NCBI GenBank assembly: GCA_001275005.1
Contig: JWZX01002902.1
Span: 1 to 40,390 of the forward strand
DNA: 40,390 nucleotides
Direction: 5' to 3'
Origin: Chrysochromulina tobinii
Lineage: Eukaryota
Part shown: one piece after another, positions 10,914 to 22,100 of the stretch
How the letters are laid out: every line of letters starts with the position of its first letter
How positions within the stretch are numbered: position 1 is the first letter of the stretch
Notes under the pieces: model-generated
Database searches by the model: none
Seen by the model: the letters and a program-made list of their open reading frames with translations, nothing else
What the model was told of the DNA's origin: nothing
Made by a program: the position numbers and the translations under genes

Positions 10914-11978
10914 TCAGTCCTGTTTGCAAAACTGGTTGTCGGTGCTGAACTGCTGTGGTACGTACATCACCTCGGGCGTCCTGCGGAAGAGCGCAAAGCA
11001 GCACCAGCCACATGTGCCAAACAGCTCCAGCTCGGCATCGTTGTGGACCTCCGGGCTGAGCCACAAGAGACTGCGCCCTCCCATGAGATATAGATCGTAG
11101 CCCCATGCCTGCGCTGCCCTGGCGAGGGACGGAATGCTCGCCTTGGCGCCGCCCCGAAAGGGGTCCTCCTGCAGACTCAGACGAGCCCTGTGCCAATGTG
11201 TGCAGCACTCAAACGTGACGACCGCGGCCTTGCGCTGCGACAGAGTTTCCTTGGCGCTCATGAGGATCATCCCATCAAAGCCCTCGGCGTCAATCTTGAC
11301 CAATGTAATCGGCGAGCGCACGTGTGTTGTCACGAAATGGTCGAGGGTCGTCACGTTCATCATGGTGCACCTCAAGTTGTCGGTCGCATGATTTGGCACG
11401 TCCGATGCTCGCATCGAGCTCATCAACCTGTCGCCGATGTCCGCCGACATTTTCGACTCGCAGACGCGCGTTGGTGGCGCAGGACGACTCGAGGCCGCGG
11501 GTTTATGCAGACTCTCGACGCCCACACCGCGCAATTTCAGGCCCTTCAACTTCAGCTCACTCGCCGCCAGCGACCTGAAATTGCTGGGCCGCATCTCGAT
11601 GCCATGGTAGTAGAAATGGCTGTGTGTTGGACAATAGGATGTGACGCTCTTTTGCGGCCCCATCGCCTGGCATGGCGATGGGTCCAGATGCGACAACGGG
11701 TGCAGCTTCTGCACGATGCGGTCCAATTGCTTGTCCCAGAGCTCCAGAATGTGGGGCATCTTCATGCCCTTGTAGGCGCCCATCTCAATGATTGTTCCCG
11801 GCGGCAGACGCATATTTTCAAGCGGAAACTCATTACCCTCATACTTCCAAGCTTGATGGAAAAGGGCGATCTGCCGCTGCGCGAGGGTAGTCGGCACGCG
11901 GCACGGTGCCTCAAAGGCACTTGTGTTCCAATCGGGCGTACGCGGTCCAAGGAGCGTGAGTGGCGGCGACGAATTCAT
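10914..11978 (-). CDS. FkbM-family (Methyltransf_21-like) methyltransferase
   Basis: IIEMGAYKG (SAM motif I-like), HGIEM, VTTLDHFV, LVKIDAEGFDGMIL..A..L, VTFE, GYDLY. Confidence 0.75.
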   Translation of the reverse strand: MNSSPPLTLLGPRTPDWNTSAFEAPCRVPTTLAQRQIALFHQAWKYEGNEFPLENMRLPPGTIIEMGAYKGMKMPHILELWDKQLDRIVQKLHPLSHLDPSPCQAMGPQKSVTSYCPTHSHFYYHGIEMRPSNFRSLAASELKLKGLKLRGVGVESLHKPAASSRPAPPTRVCESKMSADIGDRLMSSMRASDVPNHATDNLRCTMMNVTTLDHFVTTHVRSPITLVKIDAEGFDGMILMSAKETLSQRKAAVVTFECCTHWHRARLSLQEDPFRGGAKASIPSLARAAQAWGYDLYLMGGRSLLWLSPEVHNDAELELFGTCGWCCFALFRRTPEVMYVPQQFSTDNQFCKQD

Positions 11979-12280
11979 TCTCGATGCCTTGCGCCATGGT
12001 CTTTCGAAGGCGAAAAAGGTCCTTCGTTATTTTGCACACTCTCGTGTTGCGTCGCGTCCCCGTGCGGCATGCATGCGCGCTCTGAATATCGGTGTCGACA
12101 GCCCGTCAATCAATACAAGTATCTTTGCAGTTTCTGACTGCCTGCTCGCGACAGACCGGCCGATGTGGGCTCTTTTCTGTTGGCTCTCGTTTCCTGTGAA
12201 GACAAACGTGTTTTCCATTCCCCTCTCGGTGCTCAGGGTCCGCCGCGCCAACTACTCGCAAGCGACTGCAAAGCGTCGCC

Positions 12281-12919
12281 ATGACGATACGTAGATGGCT
12301 TGCCGGGCTGCTCCACCTGTGCTCATACCTGAGTGTGAACGCACTAAAACCTCTGCCTCTCGCCCAGCGCCGCAGCATCGTGATAGCTGCAGCCAGTCTG
12401 GGGCTGCCTATGCCTTCACGAGCCATCGATGATTTGCCGGGCCAGGTCACGAAAATGGATGCCTTTCAACTCAAAGCATCGTACAACGGTCTGTTCGATG
12501 CGCTGCAGCAATGGCGGGTGGAGATCGCAGCTGTGCAGCTTGGCAACGAGCCCTCTTCAGTGGTGGCTGTTGCCGGGCTTTCGGACGCAGAGCTCAAACG
12601 CTTTTCGGAGCTCGATAAGTCTGCAGCGGAGGCCGTCAAATCGTTTGAGCAGAGGAAAAACGAGATGCTCCAAAGCCTCTTCCTCGCTCGAGGGGCGGCC
12701 AGGTACGAGAAGGATCCTTCTGTTGCGCTCACCTACATTGAGAAGGCCAGGGGAGCGGCCGAGGGCGCCATGGGCGATCTGGGTACGATCGCCACGATTG
12801 CTGGTGTGAAGCTCACGCGCCGACCGCCCACAAAGGCCGCCGCTGCCTCAGCTGAGGCGGCTCTCACCTTCACGCCACGGGTGGCTCCCGCGCCGCCGGA
12901 CAATAAGCTGACGTTTTAA
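12281..12919 (+). CDS. Hypothetical helical protein, probably plastid/thylakoid-lumen targeted
   Basis: Signal-peptide-like N-terminus (..SVNA|L) followed by twin-Arg + hydrophobic + SRA (QRRSIVIAAASLGLPMPSRA); coding-like codon usage. Confidence 0.6.
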   Translation: MTIRRWLAGLLHLCSYLSVNALKPLPLAQRRSIVIAAASLGLPMPSRAIDDLPGQVTKMDAFQLKASYNGLFDALQQWRVEIAAVQLGNEPSSVVAVAGLSDAELKRFSELDKSAAEAVKSFEQRKNEMLQSLFLARGAARYEKDPSVALTYIEKARGAAEGAMGDLGTIATIAGVKLTRRPPTKAAAASAEAALTFTPRVAPAPPDNKLTF

Positions 12920-13079
12920 TGCGAGTACGAACGACCGTTCGAGGTGCCCACGTGAGCCAAAGTTATAGGGCCTCTTCCCATGACCCTCTTTCAGCCAATT
13001 CACGCTCCAAAACTTCTCCGCTCACACCTCCGGCGCGCCGCCTTGTACCAGTATAGGGGGTCAAACAAGGCCCGAGTGG

Positions 13080-15164
13080 ATGGCTTTCGTGTCCATCGTC
13101 ACGTCGGCCCTCCTGCGCGATGACACGATGCGCCCACCATTGCCGTATGACATGATGCGCCCACGACTGCCGTACACGTCCAAATCAACGTGCAGTCCGA
13201 AGCTCATTAGCAACAACAGCGACGCCCCAGCCCATGATCTCGCGCAGACGCACGAACCTGAGACTGCTGATGAGTGCATCAAGGCGTGCTGCAACGAGCC
13301 GCGCTGTGGCGGCGTCCTATTCCAGCCGATTGCTAAAGTAACGTGGAGTGCCTGCATCGCTGGGAAGCCGTGCTGCTTCTTGAAGACAGCAATCGCCTCC
13401 ACCCAGCCGTGGCCCAGCCAATTTCCTGGTGGCTCTTTTGTATACGAGATGACCGACCGGCCGCAGGACGACGAGAAGCTTCACTTTTTGTCGGCAACGC
13501 TGGGTTCGCATATGGTGCTCCAGCAGGCGCCGCACTCGGCGACCATCTGGGGCTTTACGCAGGCCGGCGCGCGGGTCGAGACAACCATGACGCCGAGCGA
13601 TGCCACCCGGTGCAAACGGTTTCTGCGCGCGCCATGCGAGGCGCAGACGCTGGTCACCTTTGCAGAGGACGATGGGACGTGGCGCCAGAAGCTGCCGCCC
13701 ACGCTCGCGTCCAAGGCCGCCTTCGACTTCCGCATCGTCGCCTCGAACGAGACCGTGGCCTCTCTGGCCGAGGCGGCCATCGTCGATGTGCTCTTCGGGG
13801 AGGTGTTCATTTGCGGTGGCCAGTCGAATATGGAGTTCGGCATGCCCACGGTCACGAACGCCACGGCGGAACAGCAGCGGGCGAACGCGTACCCGACGAT
13901 ACGTTTCTACTCCGTAGGCCACTCGACCGCAAGCGCGTCGCCCCTTCGCGACCTCCAGACGGTTTGGGAGCCATGGCAGGTAGCGAGCAATGAGACGATC
14001 TGCAAGGACTTGTCGGGCAACTTGTTTGCGACGTTCAGCGCGTCGTGCTGGTTCTTCGGGCGCATGCTGTCGGAGGCTCTCTCGCCAGAGGGCGACGTGC
14101 CCATCGGCCTGATTTCTAATAATTGGGGCGGCACCAAGCTCGAGGTTTGGGTCCCCGCGGCCGCCTTGGCCGAATGTAACGCCACATCCTCATTCACACC
14201 GGGCGACGGCCCGATGTGGAATGCGATGATCCTTCCGTATACGGTCGGCCCGATGGCGATCGCGGGCTTCGCATGGTACCAAGGCGAAGCGGACACGGCG
14301 AGCGAGCAGAGCGCCGCGATGTACGGTTGCACCTTCCCATCGCTCATCCGGCATTGGCGCGCGGCCTTCCACAACCCGTACGCCTATTTTGGGTTTGTGC
14401 AGCTCTCCACTTGGTGTGCGCTGCCGCCCGAGTCGCTTCCGCAGATGCGCGCGGCGCAGATGCGCGCCCTCGAGCTCGATCACGTCGGTTATGCGACAGG
14501 TGCCGACCATGGGATGGGGTGTAACATTCATCCAGGGGCCAAGCAATTCGTGGGCGAGCGGCTCGCGCGTGCCGCCCTCGCGATCCAATACGGGCGCGAG
14601 GACGTCACGTGGCGCTCGCCCACGTACAAGCGCGCTGTGCCGACGACATTCCAACTGGACGGCGGCAGCAGCGATGGTATCATAGGTGGCATTGGTGCTC
14701 GCGGCCCAGGCATCATAGGTGGCATTGGTGCTGCGGCCAGCGTCAGTGTGCGTGTGAGCCTGAATGACGTGAGCGACGCGGGGCTGTACACGGTGTACCC
14801 AGCCAATTACCTGCCGCCTAATTACGCCGAAGTGGAGCCTACGCCTGTCGACTGCTTCGGCACGTTTGTAGTGAACGCGACCTACAATGCGTCCATGACA
14901 GTGCAGTGTGCGTGGGCGGCGTTGCTCGTCGAGGGTGCTGGCTGGCTCAATGCAACCGTCACGGTGCCCTCGGACGATCTTCGCAGCCTGCTGCTGACCG
15001 CCCAGCTGCCGCCTGCTCGGCAGCCGCCAGCTCGGTGGGTCGCCGCGGCCCCTGCCGTCATGGGCAGCGCGTACGGCTGGGGCCCGATCCCAATGATGAA
15101 TGTGTACGACAAGGGCACTGGCTTGCCCGTGCTCGGCTGGAACGAGTCCATGACGCCTCCGTGA
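13080..15164 (+). CDS. Sialate O-acetylesterase-like (SASA/SGNH) with N-terminal PAN/apple domain
   Basis: LGSHMVLQQ, DVLFGEVFICGGQSNM, FSASCWFFG, VPIGLISNNWGGT, WYQGEAD, FVQL, IHPGAKQFVGERLA; N-terminal ECIKACCNEPRC...CFLK PAN pattern. Confidence 0.9.
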   Translation: MAFVSIVTSALLRDDTMRPPLPYDMMRPRLPYTSKSTCSPKLISNNSDAPAHDLAQTHEPETADECIKACCNEPRCGGVLFQPIAKVTWSACIAGKPCCFLKTAIASTQPWPSQFPGGSFVYEMTDRPQDDEKLHFLSATLGSHMVLQQAPHSATIWGFTQAGARVETTMTPSDATRCKRFLRAPCEAQTLVTFAEDDGTWRQKLPPTLASKAAFDFRIVASNETVASLAEAAIVDVLFGEVFICGGQSNMEFGMPTVTNATAEQQRANAYPTIRFYSVGHSTASASPLRDLQTVWEPWQVASNETICKDLSGNLFATFSASCWFFGRMLSEALSPEGDVPIGLISNNWGGTKLEVWVPAAALAECNATSSFTPGDGPMWNAMILPYTVGPMAIAGFAWYQGEADTASEQSAAMYGCTFPSLIRHWRAAFHNPYAYFGFVQLSTWCALPPESLPQMRAAQMRALELDHVGYATGADHGMGCNIHPGAKQFVGERLARAALAIQYGREDVTWRSPTYKRAVPTTFQLDGGSSDGIIGGIGARGPGIIGGIGAAASVSVRVSLNDVSDAGLYTVYPANYLPPNYAEVEPTPVDCFGTFVVNATYNASMTVQCAWAALLVEGAGWLNATVTVPSDDLRSLLLTAQLPPARQPPARWVAAAPAVMGSAYGWGPIPMMNVYDKGTGLPVLGWNESMTPP

Positions 15165-15255
15165 GTGTCTGGGACTCGTCTTTGACGTTGCACAGACGTG
15201 CCTGACAGGCTGACTGCCTGTTTTTGTTCATTAACAATTTTGCTAAGCAATGACG

Positions 15256-15343
15256 GGACCATTGTACCCTGGCTGCGATTCGTTACCGAAGCGGGGTTTT
15301 GCGAGCGACTCGCAACTTTGACTTGAACTTGACTTGACTTGAC
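15256..15343 (+). mobile_element. Putative non-LTR retroelement 3' end with stem-loop and (CTTGA)n tail
   Basis: Perfect hairpin TTGCGAG-CGA-CTCGCAA immediately before TTGACTTGAACTTGACTTGACTTGAC; ATGACG on both sides is a possible short TSD. Confidence 0.45.
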
Positions 15344-15447
15344 ATGACGATTTGCAAGCAGGCGCGCTCGCTTTCTCGCACGCCAGAGATTCCCGAGCGA
15401 GCAAACGCCGCTTCACCATAATCCACGCTTACGCAACAAGCCTAGAG

Positions 15448-17283
15448 ATGCCGGACAAGATTCTGCTCAACATCGGAGGCACAAGGTTTCATGCCACTCG
15501 TGCCACGCTGCAACGGGGCACATACTTCAGTGCGCTACTTGATCGTGAGTCGAAGACGCACTTCGAGTCTGATGGCAGCATTTTCATCGACAGAGATGGA
15601 ACTCATTTCCGCCACATTCTCAACTTCTTCCGTGATGGGCGCGTGCCAGATCTGCCGGAGCCCCACCGATCGGAGCTGTGTGCCGAGGCAGGTTACTACC
15701 GAGTTGGCGAATTGGTTGCAGGCTTGTCTAGGCCTTCAAAGGAGCAGGAGGCGGCCATCGCAGCAGCGGAGGCTGACAAGGCTGCAGTGGTGGCGGCAGC
15801 AGTGGAGGCAGCGGAGAGGGCGGCGGAGACGATTGCGGCGGAGAAACTAGCGGTGGAGAAGGCGGCATTTGAGGCCAAGCTGGAAGCCCTAGCGCGGGCG
15901 TCAGAGGAGAAGCTAGCGATGGCGGAGGCGACGGTCGCGGCTGCGAAGGCGGATCACAAAGACAAGGAGGCGCGTGTCGCGCAAGACGCGCCCTGCGATC
16001 CAAAGTGCGGTCACAGCCTGCAAGCTGCGACTGGTCGGTGCGCCATCGGAGGCGGCGGCGGACTAGGCAGTTGCCTCATCACCTTCTGTGCCTTCGGTGC
16101 GCCGCTGCTTCTCGTCGTGTCCCTCATCCTCTGTCTCGTGCGTTCGCGCCGGCAGCGGTCGTGCAAGTGCGCCACCTACCGCGCTGCACATGGCCACGCG
16201 CCCACTCAGAGCGCATACTTTTCGATCAAAGAGACGACCAAAGACGCGCCCGAGCCACCCGACCTGCACAAGCACCCAATCTGGCTCCAGTACGGTAAGA
16301 AGGGCTTCAAGGACGGCGACGCGATGGACATGAGCATCGTGCCCGAGGGCAACCGTGTCTCCACGTACGTGATCACACAGTTGGGCCGCGCCGACTGCCA
16401 CGGCGAGCGCGTTATTTGCGGCCCGTCGCTGCGTGTCGCGCCGCCGACGACCAAACCCGCCGCCCCGCCGGCGCCCCCCGCCCCCGCGGACCACCCAAAC
16501 AGCTCAAGTAAGGCAGCGACCGCGACCATCGGGCCGCCCTCGTCGGTGGGCAAGAGGCCCATCTGCCTTGCGCCGCTCGAAGTTGCTTCACCTTCATCTT
16601 CACGCTCATCTTCACCTTTGTCTGTGCTTGCAACACCGAGTGCAGCGGAAAGGGCGGGGGGCGAGGCAACTGCGAACCGCGTCTTTCCCGACACGAAACA
16701 TCGAGGCTGCACATTCGAGGAGGTACGCACGACCGACCCCAGTTACGTCCGCTGGGCGATGAGCGTAAGAGAACCGTTCGGGACGATCGCGGCTTTGGTC
16801 ACCTACTGCGAGGCCAAGGAGGCGGCCGACACGGTGACGACTGAGAGGTCATCTGATGAGGTCGATCGCGTGATGGAGGGTAGGCCATACAGTCAAGAAG
16901 CAGCTTTTGCAGTGCTCAACCAGCAACTGCTCGGGGACATGAGCGCCTTCCCGAGCGCTTTCCATCTCCAGGCGGCGACCGTTAGTCTAGACGGCCACAC
17001 GCCGCTGCTGACGCCGGTATTACTCTCGCTGGCGCAGACGAATGCGAGCGGCGTCGCTCTCGCGTCGCCTGACAAGGAAAACGCCGGTCTCCACACGCCG
17101 TCGATCTCTTCGCCGACGTGCCATCGGCGGTCATTGTCTCGCTTGCCCTGTGGCGGCCCTCGCCGTCACAAAAGCTGCGGTTGCCTACCCCCACATGTAC
17201 TCGAACCATCTCGTTCTCTGTCATCACCGCTTCTATCACAACAACGTTCCCAACGTCTCTTGGGTGTGAGGAGTCCGCGCTGA
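15448..17283 (+). CDS. KCTD-type BTB/POZ domain protein with coiled coil and low-complexity C-terminus (may contain unplaced introns)
   Basis: LLNIGGTRFHATRATL, YFSALL, IFIDRDGTHFRHILNFFRDG, LCAEAGYY; Ala/Glu-rich coil follows. Confidence 0.8.
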   Translation: MPDKILLNIGGTRFHATRATLQRGTYFSALLDRESKTHFESDGSIFIDRDGTHFRHILNFFRDGRVPDLPEPHRSELCAEAGYYRVGELVAGLSRPSKEQEAAIAAAEADKAAVVAAAVEAAERAAETIAAEKLAVEKAAFEAKLEALARASEEKLAMAEATVAAAKADHKDKEARVAQDAPCDPKCGHSLQAATGRCAIGGGGGLGSCLITFCAFGAPLLLVVSLILCLVRSRRQRSCKCATYRAAHGHAPTQSAYFSIKETTKDAPEPPDLHKHPIWLQYGKKGFKDGDAMDMSIVPEGNRVSTYVITQLGRADCHGERVICGPSLRVAPPTTKPAAPPAPPAPADHPNSSSKAATATIGPPSSVGKRPICLAPLEVASPSSSRSSSPLSVLATPSAAERAGGEATANRVFPDTKHRGCTFEEVRTTDPSYVRWAMSVREPFGTIAALVTYCEAKEAADTVTTERSSDEVDRVMEGRPYSQEAAFAVLNQQLLGDMSAFPSAFHLQAATVSLDGHTPLLTPVLLSLAQTNASGVALASPDKENAGLHTPSISSPTCHRRSLSRLPCGGPRRHKSCGCLPPHVLEPSRSLSSPLLSQQRSQRLLGVRSPR

Positions 17284-17554
17284 TCAGTCCATGATACATG
17301 ATCTCCGGCGCCACGCCGGCTGCCACCAGGAGGGCAAACCACGAGAGAGCGGGAAAGCGTCAGGAGGAGCGGGAGCGACAAGTGGCCTAGTGCGTATCGT
17401 ACAGCTGAACAGTATTGAGTTTGTCCGCCTGTGTCATACATTGTAATTATGTGTAGAATCGAATTATGGCTTCGCCTTCGGCCTGAGAAAAAGGTTTATT
17501 GATCGTCGTTTTGAACGCGACGTGCGCGAACCGAATTCGAGTTGCGTCCATGTC

Positions 17555-19876
17555 TTACCACACTGCCCTCCCGCTCCACGTACCGTTGGTCATCGGCCTC
17601 CCACGGAGTTTGGAGACAGGCACGCCACTCACCCATGCGACGCGTGGCGGCGCGTGATGGTGGCCGTGCCTCGCGCGATACTTGGCCGTGTACTCTCCTC
17701 GCATGTTGACTGCCGGCCTACTGGCATCGCGTTGCTCCTTCAGCCAGCCTGTGGGGAAGTGTGGGTTGGGGGCGGGGGGAGGGATGAGCGTGGCATGGCT
17801 GATTGAGGCTCGGGGATCGGATAGGATGCTCAAAAGGAAGGGGTTGGTCGCCCTCGGCCTCGCACATTCTCCAAACGTATGATTCCAAACGTCGGGCGCG
17901 AAGCAGACTGGCTCGGGGCAATACGTCCACGAGTGACACCTCGGGTGTGCGTCACACGCAGCGCAGCACTCGGCGGCCGAGCGCTTTCGGAACTTGGAGC
18001 CCCAAGTATGGGCCCGAACGCCATCGTAATCGGCATGCATCTCAGTGCCGCATGCATCGGTGGGTGGAGCCCAGCTGAACCGGTAATACCCAAGGGGATC
18101 GAGATTGGCTCCTTGTGCTGCGGACACGACTGCGGCGAGGGGAAGATCGCTCGGCGCAGCATGCAAGTGCTCACCACGGCGCCTCGCCATGTGGCGCCGG
18201 CCGTTGCGCCGCCGCCCCCCGCGTCTGCTGTCATCACCCTCAACCACCGCATCGTCGAGTCCCGAGAGCCGACGCGAGGCCGACCGGCTGCCGTTGAGGT
18301 GCGTGAGCAGCGCGTACACGTCATGATCGAAGCTCCCGAAGAAGAGGATCCCACCTGCCCAGACCATCAGAGGTCATCAGAGGCCATCAGAGGCCATCAG
18401 AGGTCATCAGAGGTCATCAGAGGCCATCAGAGGTCATCAGAGGCCATCAGAGATCATCAGAGGTTATCAGAGGCCATCGGAGGCCATCAGGGAGGTCATC
18501 AGAGGCCATCAGAGGCCATCAGTGACCATCAGAGGCCACCAGAGGCCACCAGAGGCCATCAGTTGTCCGTCAGCACACCATCCGTAACTGATGGAGCGCC
18601 TGATGAGAGAGGCCATCAGCGGGCATCGGAGGCCATCAGCGCACCATCCTCGCTGAGCACCGGGTCGGAGTGCACGGCGCTCCCAGTAGGGTACCTCCAG
18701 ATCTCTTGGCCCGAATGGGACGTGAGGGCATACAGCGAGCCATCGAAGGAGCCCATGTAGAGCACGGCTCCGTCGGGCGAGAGCGCCGGGCGAGAGCCCA
18801 CCTGTGCGGAAGAGTCCAGGCGCCGTGGTGAGCACTTGCATGCAGTCCCACGGCTCCGTCGGGTGAGAGCGCCGGCCGAGGGTCGACCTTGTCGCCGGTC
18901 GGGAAGCGCCAGATCAGGCTCCCGTTGTGAGTCCACACGGAATAGATGTTCGAGTCGAAGCTGCGGGGACCATGAGGGCGGCCGAGCGCTCAGGACCAGG
19001 CCGGATCAGGGTGGGAGGGACGGTTAAGAGGCCATCAAGAAGCAATTAAGAGGCAATTGAGAGGCAATTAAGATGCCATTACGAGGGGCGGTTAAGCGGC
19101 CATCCGAAGCCATCACACCTGCCAAAATAGAGCGCCGAGCCGTCCACGCTCAGTGTGAGCCCGGATTGGGCTTCCGCGCCGCAGCTGAAATTCCAAGCGG
19201 GCTTCCCACTCGCAACGTCGAGCGCGTAGACGTGATGATCGTCGGAGCCGATGAAGACGGTCGCGCCATCGACGGACAGGATCTGGTCCGACTGTACCTG
19301 AGCTCCCGTCCGGTACGTCCACTCAACGGTCCCGTCGGCAGTGTTCAATGCGTAGACAGAGCCATCGTGCGAGCCGACGATGAGCAGTGTGCCGTCCGGA
19401 GTGAGCCGGCTCTCCGAGCCAACGGCACCTCCGAGCTGTGTCCTCCACACCAAGGCGCCCGTCGAGGCAACAACTGCGTATAGGCTTGCATCGTATGCGC
19501 CAAAGTAGAGAAACCTGCCATCCTGAGCCAACGTGGCCGTCGAGCCGATGGGGCTGCCCGTCGAGTAGCGCCAGAGCTCGTGGCCATCAGTCGCACGGAG
19601 AGCAAACTCGGAGCCGTTGACTGTGCCGATGAACAGGACGTCTCCGGCCGCCGAGAGGGTGGGTCCTGCATACACTGGGCCGCCCGTCTCAAAGCGCCAA
19701 AGCCTGGCCCCCGTGGTTTCGTTGAGAGAGTAGACGCCACCATCGTCGTTTCCGATGTAGAGCTGTCCATTCAGAAGGACAGGATCGGATCGCATGGCGT
19801 CGCCCAGCGTCGCAGCCCAGAGCTCGGAGGGCTGCGGCCACAACCTTGGCTGCGACAACCACGATTGCGACTTCAT
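17555..19876 (-). CDS. PQQ/BamB-like beta-propeller repeat protein with C-terminal PAN/apple domain; introns 18961-19118, 18802-18887, 18355-18644, 17749-17865 (start may lie further upstream)
   Basis: Repeated LSxDGxxLYxGSxDGxxYAL...G..xWRxxTG units stay in register across the proposed GT-AG introns; C-terminal CGTEMHADYDG..AAECCAAC..CHSWTYC..GEC|WLK..WVSG. Confidence 0.85.
18355..18644 (-). repeat. Intron containing (GGCCTCTGAT/GACCTCTGAT)n tandem array
   Basis: ~20 copies of AG(G)CCATCAG/AGGTCATCAG on +; splicing restores LSEDG|GILFFGSFDH. Confidence 0.85.
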
Positions 19877-20527
19877 GGACTATGCTTCAGTGTGAACCAT
19901 TTGCTGTGAAACTTTCGAGTAACACCTCTCCTTCCCCCCCACAGCAAGCTGTTGGACGCTCGGGCAATGCCGCTTCGATTGTCTCTTCACTTGTGAAGCA
20001 GAGGAGAGGTGTTTGCTCGACAGCGTGTGAACGTACGTGACGCGGCTGATGGTACCGTACAGTAGCGCTACCCGTAACGGGGCGGAGGGCGGGTCGACCA
20101 TTTATGGATGGAGACGCACAGGGCCCGTGGGCGCCTCGAGCTTTTGGAACTAACCCCTTGGCTGTGAACGTTGTCATAGCGGCCGTCGAGCCTGTCAGCG
20201 AGCGAGCGAGCGAGTAGTCGCGGCAGCGAGGTGGAATTCAGTCTCTCAAAATGCGACGTAGTTGGACCGAAGGCATGGCGCCCGTGACGGCGCGGGCCCT
20301 CACCCACCCGCCTAAAAGTCTAACCGCCTCATGTGAGGCAGGGGCGAAGCCCCCGGCCATTAGGGAACCACCCGCCCTTAACCCGCCCTGAACGGAAAGG
20401 CAAAGCCAAAGGGCCTCACGCCCGGCCCTCCGTCCTCGCCTCGGTAGTCCTCTCCGGGTAGGTCAATCCCGAATGGACCTGAAGGAGTTACAAATCCCTC
20501 CCTATTCCTATTAACGTTTACATCGCT

Positions 20528-21247
20528 CTACCGGTGGGGCACGATGCCTGCATGGTAGATACGCCCGCCGTCGGCCTTTTTTGGCTCCACGACAGCAGGG
20601 AGGTCGACAGGTCCGAGTTGAGGTTTGAGGTGAGAGTAGTGAGGGTCAGTAGTTGAATCGCCACTTACGATTGCACCGGACTGGAGAAGATACTCGATGG
20701 ATACCGTGTTGTGTTGCGTTGGTGTCGCGTTCTGTTTGTACTGTGTAGCTTGTGGGGTAGTGAGGGTGGTGTTGCGCTTGACCGTCTCGATCGTGCGCGC
20801 CGCGTGCGGCGTGGTAGTGCTCAGCGGCTCGGCTGCATGCGGTGCTGCGGCAGCCGCAGCGAGCGTCTTGACGACTGTGTTCTTCGCCCAGGGCGCGCGT
20901 GAGCGTGCGGAGTCGTTGATGTCGATCGGGCTGGTGGTGCTGCGCTTGGTGGTCTCTGTCGTGCGCGCCGCGCGCGGCGACGTGGCGATGCTCGGCGGTC
21001 CGGTTGCCTGCGGAGCTGCGGAGACTGCAGCAATCATCGTAGATGTCGTCGTGTTCGATGAGTTGCTCGACGATCTTGGCGCTGAGAGGCTCTTCTTGAA
21101 GCTCTCCTTAGCGGGCTCCTTCAGGTGCCATGGTCGCTTGTACTCGTAGATGAGGTTCGGGTCGTGAGGTCTGGTCGAGGGCGCAAGGCTGCAAGGCTCA
21201 GCAGGTTCGTGCAGAGCATCGGGCACAAAGGCTTCCCCGGTGGTCAT
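20528..21247 (-). other. Thr/Ala/Ser-rich ORF of unknown origin, possibly part of a mobile-element remnant
   Basis: 239-aa ORF with an internal duplication (PRAARTTETTKRSTT / PHAARTIETVKRNTT); its 3' end shares 26 identical nt with the downstream minisatellite. Confidence 0.3.
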
Positions 21248-21756
21248 CCCGTCCGGGCTACCAATGATGAGCTTCAGGGTGTACGGCTTGATTGGACATA
21301 ACTGGAACTGGATTACTGGACTGGTTGACTGTCAGGCAGGGCCTGACGCGACGGATCTATGGGGCAGGCGGCAGCAGATGCTGGCCTTTCTATCTCGAAC
21401 GCTACGTACCTTCTCACGGTGCCCGCCGGAAACGGCGGTGGTTTCAGATTCGGCCTATGAACGATCCGGAATGCGTGTGTCGTCCGAGCGAATTGTCCGG
21501 AAAATCTCAGGGGGCCGACGCATCGCGTCGGTCATCCAGTAACATGGCGGTTACTTGTGTATGAAGAGGTTTGAGACGTATGTCGTATCAGACCGTCCCG
21601 CGTCCTGCGGCCCTGTGTCAGCCATCTGTCAGCCGCAGCAGCTCTTGCGGCTTGAACCGGTTTCCTACAAAAATTAAAACTCCGATATTTTCCTATTATA
21701 GGTTGCCCACTGTCGGCCTGTCACTGCAAACTGGCTCTACGACAGCGGCGAGCGGG

Positions 21757-22100
21757 GGTCAGCGGCACGCAGACGCACATCACCCCTCCAGGCCGCCCCC
21801 CACCCGCACCGGCTTTATGGTAGATACGCCCGCCGTCGGCCTCACAGGCTCTGCGACAGCGGGTCAGCGGCACGCAGACGCACATCACCCGCTCCAGGCC
21901 GCCCCCCACCCGCACCGGCTTTATGGTAGATACGCCCGCCGTCGGCCTCACAGGCTCTGCGACAGCGGGTCAGCGGCACACGCAGACGCACATCACCCCT
22001 CCAGGCCGCCCCCCACCCCGGCCACCCTGGTAGATACGCCCGCCGTCGGCCTCACAGGCTCTGCGACAGCGGGTCAGCGGCACGCAGACGCACATCACCC
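21757..22100. repeat. Minisatellite, ~105-bp unit, ~3.3 copies
   Basis: GGTCAGCGGCAC..CAGACGCACATCACCC starts at 21757, 21862, 21968 and 22072. Confidence 0.9.

Noticed and set aside
14518..14535. NIHP instead of DIHP in the SASA esterase as a sign of inactivation
   Set aside because: This position varies among sialate O-acetylesterases; catalytic Ser (GQSN) and His are intact.
18360..18560. Repeat arrays as CRISPR or telomere
   Set aside because: No unique spacers or cas genes; the units are degenerate 10-mers inside introns, not TTAGGG-like.
18579..18599. Possible 21-nt microexon between an internal CTCATCAG and a duplicated donor
   Set aside because: Inclusion would add 7 aa and break propeller repeat spacing; treated as part of one intron, though untested.
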